Shown: positions 1 to 8,754 of the stretch, in pieces
How positions within the stretch are numbered: the stretch's first letter is position 1
Layout: each line of letters starts with the position of its first letter
NCBI GenBank assembly: GCA_020348925.1
Contig: CP070758.1
Span: forward strand, 1,072,469 to 1,136,468
DNA: 64,000 nucleotides
Reading direction: 5' to 3'
Source: Gemmatimonadota bacterium
GTDB taxonomy: Bacteria; JBHIER01; G020348925
Translations under genes and position numbers: made by a program
The notes under the pieces: model-generated
What the model was told of the DNA's origin: nothing
Database searches by the model: none
Seen by the model: only the letters and a program-made list of their open reading frames with translations

Positions 1-95
1 GGAGTAGTAATCCCGGCGGCTTTTTTAAACCACCCACATGTCAGATCCTCCGAATTGCCGGCATATTCCTCTCTCCAACTCCTAATATTTTTGAC

Positions 96-124
96 TTGAC
101 AGTGACGACAAAATCCACTATCCT
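96..124 (+). promoter_or_regulatory. Putative sigma70 promoter of the cohesin genes
   Basis: TTGACA(96-101)-N17-TATCCT(119-124). Confidence 0.55.
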
Positions 125-207
125 TTCAAGTACTGAAAGCAGAACCAGGTTTGCATCCAATTCACCCTGAACCCGCGACGGCCGATCCTTTTAAAAGGAG
201 GATGAAG

Positions 208-1335
208 ATGAAGGGGAAAACACTCATCCCTATTCCTTTTTGGGGAAAATTGGTGCTACTTGTAACCGCAGGGTTCACTCTCTTTCTCTTCAATAACATC
301 TGGGGTCAGAATGCATTGATCGTAGAGAATGCTGACTACTTCAGGGGATCAATAGGTAATATTCTGACTATCACTATGGTTAACGAGGGTAATGTTGCTG
401 GTATCATGCTTGATATAACTTTCGACCCTGACTGCTTTTCTATTGATCCTGAAAGTTGTTCAAAGACTGACCGAACTATAGATATGAATATTTTCGCAGC
501 AGTCAATCCGGAGCCAGGACTTATCAGATTTACGGCGGCAAGTCTTGGCACATTCATTCCTCCGGGATCAGGTCCTATTGTTCGCTTTACTGTGGGCGTA
601 TCCTCAGAATGTGAACTTGGGCAGTATACCTTTGCCTTATCGAACTCAAAATTTGCTGATCCGGCTGGTAGAGAATATCCTCATGATGTGGTGAATGGAA
701 TCATAACTGTTTGGCCTCCAACGGTATTAAATGTTGAGGATCAGGTTGTCTTTCAAAATTCTCGTGATAATGTCATCAATCTTAATTTGGACGATGAGTC
801 TCAAGATGCGCTAATATGTGCTGCAGAGGTTTCTATTTTGTACGATACAACGTGTTTTGAAGTGATCTCAGTAGAACCAACGAACCGAACAAGAGATCTC
901 AATATTTTTCAATATGCTGATAGAGATAGTGGAATTCAAATCGCTATGACTGGTCTTGGTGCATGTATTTTGAAAGGAACAGGTCCTATTGCAAGAATTA
1001 ATGTAAATGTCAGTAATTGCCCGGAAGGTTTTTTTTCTTGGAATATATCCAATGCAAAATTAGCAGACGGAGGAGGCAATATTATTCCCTTCATCGAGGT
1101 TGATGGCAACATTGCCATCTATACGAGTCCTAAAGGGAATGTAAACGATGACGGCACAATCGATGCCCTTGATGTCGTCCTCACCATCAGAATTGCCATT
1201 GGTCAATACCCTGATCCAAGCGAGAGCGAACTCCAAGCTGCAGACTGCAATTTAGACGGACAGGTTGATGTCTCAGATGTCATCGGTATTGTCAATATTA
1301 TTACAGGACTTGGAATCTGTCTGCCTTTAAATTAA
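208..1335 (+). CDS. Secreted protein with two cohesin-like domains and a C-terminal dockerin (scaffoldin/adaptor-like)
   Basis: AAGGAG RBS before ATG 208 (202 also possible); signal peptide; two ~135-aa beta-rich repeats (..LDITFDPDCF..TDRT..GSGPIVRF / ..ILYDTTCF..TNRT..GTGPIARI); duplicated Ca-loop GNVNDDGTIDALDV..ADCNLDGQVDVSDV. Confidence 0.75.
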   Translation: MKGKTLIPIPFWGKLVLLVTAGFTLFLFNNIWGQNALIVENADYFRGSIGNILTITMVNEGNVAGIMLDITFDPDCFSIDPESCSKTDRTIDMNIFAAVNPEPGLIRFTAASLGTFIPPGSGPIVRFTVGVSSECELGQYTFALSNSKFADPAGREYPHDVVNGIITVWPPTVLNVEDQVVFQNSRDNVINLNLDDESQDALICAAEVSILYDTTCFEVISVEPTNRTRDLNIFQYADRDSGIQIAMTGLGACILKGTGPIARINVNVSNCPEGFFSWNISNAKLADGGGNIIPFIEVDGNIAIYTSPKGNVNDDGTIDALDVVLTIRIAIGQYPDPSESELQAADCNLDGQVDVSDVIGIVNIITGLGICLPLN

Positions 1336-1350
1336 TTATTGGAAGGATTG

Positions 1351-1668
1351 ATGTTAAAAAAATTGTTCATATTTTTTATTACAGTACATATCATCTTTGT
1401 AGCTGGGGAAATTTGGAGCCAGAATACATTTAGCGTAGAGAATGCTATTTTCTTATTGGGATCGACTGACAACATTCTGACTATCAGCTTGAATGTTGAC
1501 TCCTATGTTGCTGCCATTCAGTTTGATCTCTCGTATGACTCAAACTGCTTTATTATCGATCCACAAAGTTTAACACGAACCGATCGAACTGTAGATTTGA
1601 CTGTTTTTCAGGCCAGCAATCCCGAGCCAGGCCTGATCATGTTTGCAGGGACCGGTATTGGTACGACC
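1351..1668 (+). CDS. Secreted cohesin-domain protein, paralogue of the upstream gene (3' part lost in gap)
   Basis: Signal peptide then VENA..NILTISL..AIQFDLSYDSNCF..RTDRT..NPEPGLI, highly similar to cohesin 1 of 208-1335. Confidence 0.7.
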
Positions 1669-1768
1669 NNNNNNNNNNNNNNNNNNNNNNNNNNNNNNNN
1701 NNNNNNNNNNNNNNNNNNNNNNNNNNNNNNNNNNNNNNNNNNNNNNNNNNNNNNNNNNNNNNNNNNNN
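1669..1768. other. Assembly gap (100 N)
   Basis: Run of N; true length unknown. Confidence 1.
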
Positions 1769-2987
1769 CTGCCCAACCCGAGTAATCCCCCTCATCATCG
1801 CCCAAGATAACCACGTCCTCATCATCATCCAGCCAGATTTCATCGATTTCATCCCCCAGATCCTCCGAGCCCAGAATGATGTACGTCTTTCCTTCCTCAC
1901 TCGGCTGTTCCGTATCAGCACCAGGAGCGCCGATGACGATGTCATCGATCCCGTCGCCGTTGACATCACCGGTGGCTAGGGCCGAGCCTGAATGGCCATA
2001 CTCATCATCGCCCAGGATGAGGACGTCCTCATCATCATCCAGCCAGATTGTTTCATCGTACAGCGCATACTCCGAGCCCAAAATTACGTACGTCTTCCCT
2101 TCTTCACTTCTTACTTCCGTATCAGCACCGGGAGCGCCGATGATGATGTCATCGATCCCGTCGCCGTTGACGTCACCACTGGCTAACGCCCAGCCCGAAT
2201 TGGCCTCATCGCCATTGCCCACGATGAGCACGTCCTCATCACTATCTAAATAAATATCTGACGGCAGGCTGGCCGATCCGAAGATGACGTATGTTTCCCC
2301 CTCGTCACTATCGGTCACTACATCAACACCAGGAGCCCCGACAATAATATCACCCACCCCGTCCCCGTTGACGTCACCGGTGGCCACGGCCTGTCCCACA
2401 CGGCCCCCATTATAAAAACCCCAGATGACGACATAGCCATTATTTTCAATGCCCGGGACACCCTTCTCCGATCCATGCCACCCATAGACTTCTATGGTAT
2501 CCGGCAGACTGGCCGAGCCGAAGATGACGTACGCCGCACCTTCGTCACTCAGATCATTCACATCAACACCTGGGGCTCCGATGATGATATCATCGATCCC
2601 GTCGCCGTTCACGTCACCACAGGCCACTGAAGCGCCAAACTCGTCACCTTCATAAGCTCCCATGATGCGCACGCTCACCTTGCCCCCCAGGCCGATCTTA
2701 TCCGGCAGATTGGCTTTCCCATAAATGACGTATACCTCACCCTCATCACTCCTTCCATCCGTGTCCCCATTAGGAGCTCCTATAATGATATCGTCGATCC
2801 CGTCGCCGTTGACATCACCACTGGCCACGGCTGCGCCTGAATATCCTGCATAATCATCGCCCAGGATGCGCACATCCTCCTCGCCCTCATCCAGATCAAT
2901 CGTATGCGGCAATTGAGCCTGGATCTCACCGAATCCAAAGCCCACTAAGAATGCGGCGAAAACTGATAAAAATAGAATCCTTCTCAT
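1769..2987 (-). CDS. Secreted FG-GAP (integrin-alpha beta-propeller) repeat protein, 3' part in gap
   Basis: GGAGGT RBS, signal peptide MRRILFLSV..AQ, five A(S/T/C)GDVNGDG(I/V)xDIIxGAP..G..Y(V/I)I.G repeats, very acidic. Confidence 0.85.
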
Positions 2988-3293
2988 ACCTACCACCTCC
3001 TTTGACATCGAAAGGGACACCCTAAAAAGGGCATATTCCCCACTGGTTTCACATGCACTGCATCTTCTTGTACCATTCCGCTTATAGGATCACCTCCTTT
3101 CAAAGCCATAGGTATACATGAACATGAGCATCCTGAATCGCTGCTTCGAGGGAAACAAAAAAGGAATTTGTAACATAGAATGAGAAAAAACATGAGATGA
3201 ATTGAAAAGATCTCACAATTAAAGACGGTTCAGAGTAAACATCCCCTCCTGTGTGCACTCCTACCAGCATACTACCAGCTTTCTCCGACAACT

Positions 3294-3322
3294 AAAGTAT
3301 TGACTGCGCGTCATTATGTCAA
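3294..3322 (-). promoter_or_regulatory. Putative sigma70 promoter ~300 nt upstream of the FG-GAP gene
   Basis: TTGACA-N17-TACTTT on the minus strand. Confidence 0.4.
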
Positions 3323-3525
3323 GGAATTTCTTTTTATTTCCGATGGATTTTTATATAGTAGGGCCGCGCGAGTATTCCCATCACAGGATGGATATCTTTT
3401 ACAGGCCTTGAAGAACCCTTAGGGTGGATCGTCTCGGGTAGGAAACCGAAGAGACCCATGGCGGGTTTGATATCCACTGGGATCAATATTTACGTCGCTG
3501 AGTGGAAGATTTTCATGGGCAATTA

Positions 3526-6423
3526 TTACGAAGATCCACACTCGCCCATACCCAATATTGCATTTATCATACCCACCGCATCAAGAATGTCGATGAGCCC
3601 ATCGCCGCTGCAATCGGCCGCCCACTCTTCCGATGCGGTCGGGGTCTCAAGCCCCAACAGAATGTTCACAGCACGAACGACATCGACGATGTTGACATAT
3701 CCATCAGCGTTGACATCACCCTTCAGTCTCTGAGAAACAGAGATCGAAAAATCTTGGGTGTCCCTGGCCAGTACGGCATCCGTCACCTCAATGGTGATGA
3801 ACGTGCTCTCCGCAGCAGTCGGTGTGCCAAAGATCATCCCGGCAAGGCTGTCAAGCCCTAATCCATCAGGCAAAAACCCTGATATGACATCCCACCTGTA
3901 AGGAGCTGTCCCACCGACGGCCAAGAGGGCCTCACTGTATGCGAAACCGACAAATCCATCGCAGAGAACAGTGCTCACAACGACCAGAGATGGCATGTAC
4001 TCAATAGTGTCCTGGAAACAATCGGACCAGTTGCCGGCCGCATCCTGGAATTGGACAAAAACCGTTTTCGTCCCTGCGAAAGGCGTCCCACCATACTCCC
4101 CGGCTGTCAGGTCCCAGTCGCTCCTGACATCGGCGTAATCCTCGGCCTCAGACCATGAGACCCCGTCGTTGCTAAACCGCATCCGGGCCCCTGACCCCAG
4201 ACCGCTGAACTCATCAACAGCGCCCAGCTTATCGAGAGTGACCACGTTGGTGAACGTCGTCTCGGCACCACTATTGATGGAAATGCTTCCGTCGACCGGT
4301 CCGGACCTATCGATGCAGAAGGGCCCCACATGAACGGGGCTCCCCCAATTCCCGGCACGATCCACACACCGAATATGAAAATAGTGATCGCTGCCATCGC
4401 TCAGGGGCGACGATGTCACTGACCCCACACCCCCCTCAACACAAACGGTCGAGTCCGGCAGAGTGAGCGGAGACTTGTCCCACAGCGTCGCATACCCATC
4501 CAGGCCGGCACCTGGACCGGGATCCGTTGCATCGGTCCAGGCGATCTCCACGGTGGGGGCATTCGACCAGACGCCGGGCTGATGGCTGGCACTGGTCACA
4601 TTCGTTGGACCATCGGGGAACACCGTATCCTTGAAAAACTGCCAGCTCCAACGACATCCCCCAGCCTCATTACCGGCACGATCTCGGACCTTGAAGTAAA
4701 TCGTATTGCTCCCCTGAGGGAGATCACCAAATCCGGGTATGGCCCAACCGTCACTGTCCCAAAAGAAACCACCCACATTGAGAAAAAGGTTGATCCACTG
4801 ACCGCTACAGGAATTTATCTGGTACCAGCCGTCGTCCAGATCGCCGTCGTCGTCAAACCCAAAGTTGGAGAAGCTGGGCGCGGTGTTGTACCATCGGCCC
4901 TGGGGCTCTGCGATCCGTTCCATGGTGGGACAGGGCAGATCATCGGTTTGGGAGGCGGAATAGGTAAATGTGAGACCCGTACCCTCAGAAGACAGGACGA
5001 CCGGAATGAGAACGATCCTGTCGTAATCTTCCCAGCTTACGGCCATGGTTCCCGCACCGTCGCCGTCCAGTTGTATCTCGGTAAATTCGGTTCCCGGATA
5101 AAAGGCCACCATCGCTGCCCAATCGTATCCATCCTGGCCGTCGAAGGTTATGCTCAGGCCCCGCTGTCCCTCAGCTTCCGGGTAGTCAAACTGAATAAAA
5201 CTTGTTCCATAGAAATCGAGCGGATGATCCCCCTCATCCCCACTCGCCGGATACGTGCTGTGGATGTGGGAGGGCTTGATGTAAGGACCATTTACCCAGT
5301 TACCGCCAAATGAGAAGTGTTGCCCGTCGTCGTTCGGACCTGTAAAATAACGCCAGATGCAATATTCCTTGAGAGCCTGGTTGAAACTGCTCCCGTAAGA
5401 GGCGGCGAGAACATAATCAATGTCGGCGATGGTGTGTTCCCCCCAGTTGGTGCTGTTTCGGACCCAAATCCGTCTCGGCAGGTCTATGTCGCTGTACCTC
5501 TCGGTCAGAAAGAAGACCCACGCGCATCCCGAATACATATATCTGTTGTAAAGCGCCGTGATGGACAGCCAGGGATTTGACAGCGGATTTTCATTCCCCG
5601 AAGTTGTCATAGTAAAAGATTCAAGAAGCTCACTGTAGACCGTATACGCCATCCAGTTTGCGCAGTTTTCTAACCAGAAAAAATGCTCGGACCAGCTGTA
5701 ACTGATCTCACAGGCGTGATTGAATTCGTGAGCCACTATTTTCTTGTACTGTGAAGATTTAGCTTCATTAGTAACAACAATATAACTGGTCCAATCCTCT
5801 TGATCGGGATCAGGCCCTTCTTGCTCAGGGGAAACATATCCATACACTTTTATGTTCTTGATATAAATATCATAGAGATCATCGCCACCCAGACCGTAGT
5901 CCGAAGGCGGCTCATCCCAATGCATCTCAGTGCATTGTTGACTCCAATTATGCTCGGCGTACATCCCCACAATAAGGGCAAGTGAGTCAGGGAAAGCATC
6001 GACTAGCTGGTGGGTGTAATGAATCCTGAAATGGGTGGTTTTGAGTATTATCTCAGGACCGCTCAAAGTCGGCCTTTCAAGATGACGCTTCAATGTCCGC
6101 TGCGCCGCCGTGCTCAGCCTGCCCCAATTCCTCCGCACCTCCAAAAAAGTCGGCGTCCCGCACACAGCAGATCCATCATCCTCGGACACACCGGCCCTGT
6201 ACTCCTCGGGCAGTCTCTCAAAATCATCGATCGCATAGACCTTGTACATGAGGGCAGTTTCGTAGTCAATCTCCCCCGATTGATAGGACCTCTCTATTTT
6301 CGTCAACACGGTCCCATGAGATTTTTTCTCACTTCCCGTAGCACGTCCTGAGGAGTGAGAACTGCCGGAGAGAAACAGAACCATGAGGCCGAGAGAGACA
6401 ACGGTTCCATATCGCTTTCCCAT
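3526..6423 (-). CDS. Secreted HEXXH metallopeptidase-like protein (MXAN_6640-like) with Ig-like domains, putative-Ig (He_PIG) repeat and C-terminal dockerin
   Basis: AAAGGAG RBS; signal peptide; CGT cysteine-switch-like motif, HFRIHY, VAHEFNHA..WLE; D.AGN Ig-like motifs; GGTAPYRW..LPDGL..GTPT; GDVNADGYVNIVDV..ADCSGDGLIDILD. Confidence 0.75.
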   Translation of the reverse strand: MGKRYGTVVSLGLMVLFLSGSSHSSGRATGSEKKSHGTVLTKIERSYQSGEIDYETALMYKVYAIDDFERLPEEYRAGVSEDDGSAVCGTPTFLEVRRNWGRLSTAAQRTLKRHLERPTLSGPEIILKTTHFRIHYTHQLVDAFPDSLALIVGMYAEHNWSQQCTEMHWDEPPSDYGLGGDDLYDIYIKNIKVYGYVSPEQEGPDPDQEDWTSYIVVTNEAKSSQYKKIVAHEFNHACEISYSWSEHFFWLENCANWMAYTVYSELLESFTMTTSGNENPLSNPWLSITALYNRYMYSGCAWVFFLTERYSDIDLPRRIWVRNSTNWGEHTIADIDYVLAASYGSSFNQALKEYCIWRYFTGPNDDGQHFSFGGNWVNGPYIKPSHIHSTYPASGDEGDHPLDFYGTSFIQFDYPEAEGQRGLSITFDGQDGYDWAAMVAFYPGTEFTEIQLDGDGAGTMAVSWEDYDRIVLIPVVLSSEGTGLTFTYSASQTDDLPCPTMERIAEPQGRWYNTAPSFSNFGFDDDGDLDDGWYQINSCSGQWINLFLNVGGFFWDSDGWAIPGFGDLPQGSNTIYFKVRDRAGNEAGGCRWSWQFFKDTVFPDGPTNVTSASHQPGVWSNAPTVEIAWTDATDPGPGAGLDGYATLWDKSPLTLPDSTVCVEGGVGSVTSSPLSDGSDHYFHIRCVDRAGNWGSPVHVGPFCIDRSGPVDGSISINSGAETTFTNVVTLDKLGAVDEFSGLGSGARMRFSNDGVSWSEAEDYADVRSDWDLTAGEYGGTPFAGTKTVFVQFQDAAGNWSDCFQDTIEYMPSLVVVSTVLCDGFVGFAYSEALLAVGGTAPYRWDVISGFLPDGLGLDSLAGMIFGTPTAAESTFITIEVTDAVLARDTQDFSISVSQRLKGDVNADGYVNIVDVVRAVNILLGLETPTASEEWAADCSGDGLIDILDAVGMINAILGMGECGSS

Positions 6424-6787
6424 GCAGGATCACTCCTTTCCTATAAAATTGTAATTATTATTTTTAGTCATGACACGTGTGCAAAAAGCAAAATGTTGAT
6501 GCTCTGGATATGTCTTCACCCCCAAGTGAACACCCCAACCTCTCCAAAAGCACACGGCTCGACGTCGTCTCGTGCTCCCTTTATAAAATGTTAGTCGCTT
6601 TTGTTATCCGGAAGGTTTCATACGTTGGGATGGATCTTTTTCATGGGCTGTGAAGCCCTTGAAAATAGACTCGGGGAAGATATCCGAGGCGATCAATTTG
6701 GAGTACCCCGGGCAAACAGCTTAGGCGATCAAACAACATAGAAAAACATACACAAGGTGTCCTTTCACTTTATTTTTTATCTCATCT

Positions 6788-8341
6788 TTATCTTTCTTCC
6801 CCATTCAACGGGCTCATGATGTTTTCGAGCCCTTCTTGTTCTATATTTTTCAAAGCCTTCGACATGCGAAAAGCCAGATAATTCTTATTCACGCTCCGAA
6901 CATAATACACCGGTTCCGGTCCGACGTGTTTCAATGTTCCGAGCTCACAATTCCCGAACCACTTCGTTGCATCATAACCCATGTCTGCAGTAACGTTGCG
7001 AGACTCTCGAATTTTTTTGGGACCTGCATTGTACGCCGCAAGAGCAAAACGGATGCGGTCATCGGCAGAAACCTCCTTCTCGGTGAAATAATTCTCCATA
7101 ATCCAATTAAAGTACTTCACTCCGGCATGAATATTATTTTCAGGGATATGGAGATTTCCAATTTCCATTTCACGAGCCGTCTTCGGAAGAACCTGCATCA
7201 GTCCTATCGCACCGGCGGACGAGCGGGCCCGAGGATTAAAACGCGATTCCTGATAAGCCTGCGCAGCCAGCAGCATCCAATCGATACCATAGAATTCACC
7301 GTATTTTTTGAAGAGAGGGACATACTGGCAGCATTGATCCAAATCCTCACGTTTGAGCGCCGCTTCCTCCCACGGATTCTCTTCGAAGTATCGCTCAAAA
7401 TAGATGTTCCCTTTCAATGTCCCCTTCTTGATCGTCTTGATGAATCGATTCAGGTTGGCTCGAAGTTGGGGATTGTTCTTCCGGACCATCCAGCCGTATC
7501 GAACATTGTCATTCAGCACAATGTGATCGTTTATTTTCAAATTCGGTAAAAGATCATGAGCAATGGCAGCGATATGACTGTCAGCTATGGTCATTTGTAT
7601 AACACCCGCACTCACCATCTCTAAAATGTCACTGGTATGTATGACACCGGTCAATGTCACGACATCAACGGGATGTAGCCTCTTATGGACCAATTTGGCG
7701 TTCAATTCTCTCAGACTCATATGATAGCTGCTGCCTTCTCGAACATGTATCCTTCGACCGCTGAGCTGCTCTCTATTTCTCATGTCTTTTATGTCCCGGT
7801 TGCTGACCAGAATTTCACGGATATTCCACTGGTACGGATCGGTAAAATCCACCTCCCTCATTCGCTCCGGGTGGATGGTCATATTCGCCGCCACAATATC
7901 ACCGTATCCTTTCTTAAGTGCGGGAATGAGCAGATCATAGGGCAGAGGGATGTAATACATTTCTATTTTCAGGCCATCTCGGTCAAGGCTTGAATTTAGA
8001 AAATCTTGATATTCCTCCATCAAATTATATTCGTAGCCATAAGTTTTCCCCTTGTGGGTAAAAAAATTGTTATATGTGTAGGTGGTGAGAACACGAATTC
8101 TACCGACATCCATCATTCCCTCAAGGTCTGTTGTAGACGTGTCGAAGATATCGGAAGCCAAATCCAGATTCCTCGGAATCCGGTCTTGAAGAGATGTCTC
8201 CTGATCTTCCGATGCACCTGTTTCTGGAAATGCTTCAAGGATAGGAGTTCTCCATGATTTCCGAATTCCAGCAAAGAGCCCGACACTGACAATAATGAAA
8301 ACGCAAACACGCAATAACACGTAGAGTTTCCCCCGACTCAT
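6788..8341 (-). CDS. MltF-like membrane-bound lytic transglycosylase (SBP domain + SLT domain)
   Basis: N-terminal TM; G.EY..GDIVAANMTI..ER..VDF SBP fold; SLT motifs QESRF, GLMQV, AAYNAG. Confidence 0.85.
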   Translation of the reverse strand: MSRGKLYVLLRVCVFIIVSVGLFAGIRKSWRTPILEAFPETGASEDQETSLQDRIPRNLDLASDIFDTSTTDLEGMMDVGRIRVLTTYTYNNFFTHKGKTYGYEYNLMEEYQDFLNSSLDRDGLKIEMYYIPLPYDLLIPALKKGYGDIVAANMTIHPERMREVDFTDPYQWNIREILVSNRDIKDMRNREQLSGRRIHVREGSSYHMSLRELNAKLVHKRLHPVDVVTLTGVIHTSDILEMVSAGVIQMTIADSHIAAIAHDLLPNLKINDHIVLNDNVRYGWMVRKNNPQLRANLNRFIKTIKKGTLKGNIYFERYFEENPWEEAALKREDLDQCCQYVPLFKKYGEFYGIDWMLLAAQAYQESRFNPRARSSAGAIGLMQVLPKTAREMEIGNLHIPENNIHAGVKYFNWIMENYFTEKEVSADDRIRFALAAYNAGPKKIRESRNVTADMGYDATKWFGNCELGTLKHVGPEPVYYVRSVNKNYLAFRMSKALKNIEQEGLENIMSPLNGEER

Positions 8342-8754
8342 TTGACAAGTCCTTTGGTGTAGTGTTGAGAATGCCACGCGGCATCTCTTTGTATAATTAA
8401 TGACGAAATATTTCCTAAAGCAACCATTTTGAGCCGAACGGAAGAGATATCTTTCAAATGTACCACCGTTCCCATCGTTTCATTGTCTCGGGCCTTCGAA
8501 GCCGGATATATTTCTCGAATGCCTGCTCTTGGAACGGTAACCGTTGGTCCAAGCAACCTTGAAACATAACCGCCAATCATCAAAATAGAACCACCAGTAG
8601 AAAAAAAGTACCGTCAATCATAAAAAGGTAAACATTTCTACCGTACACGAAGTCACACCTTATGAAAGATCAAAACAATGATCTTCTTCTTCGACCGAGA
8701 GACACACAGTGACTTGAGCGGGATAGAGGGATGGCCGAAAATGTATGATAGAAG

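Noticed and set aside
1769-2900. Nucleotide repeats (GTCATCGATCCCGTCGCCGTTGAC...) resembling a CRISPR array
   Set aside because: Period of about 190-250 nt, in frame and encoding FG-GAP motifs; no cas genes
1339-3020. ORFs reading through the N gap (1339-1785, 1608-3020; also 62531-63007)
   Set aside because: Artefacts of a fixed 100-N gap; the flanks may be separated by unknown sequence
3088-3101. GGATCACCTCCTTT as the 3' end of a 16S rRNA gene
   Set aside because: No rRNA sequence upstream; better read as an SD-like site on the minus strand
4582-5313. Long antisense ORFs (also 6836-7549, 30381-31241, 39250-39984, 50164-50847)
   Set aside because: Shadow frames of well-supported genes with no motifs of their own
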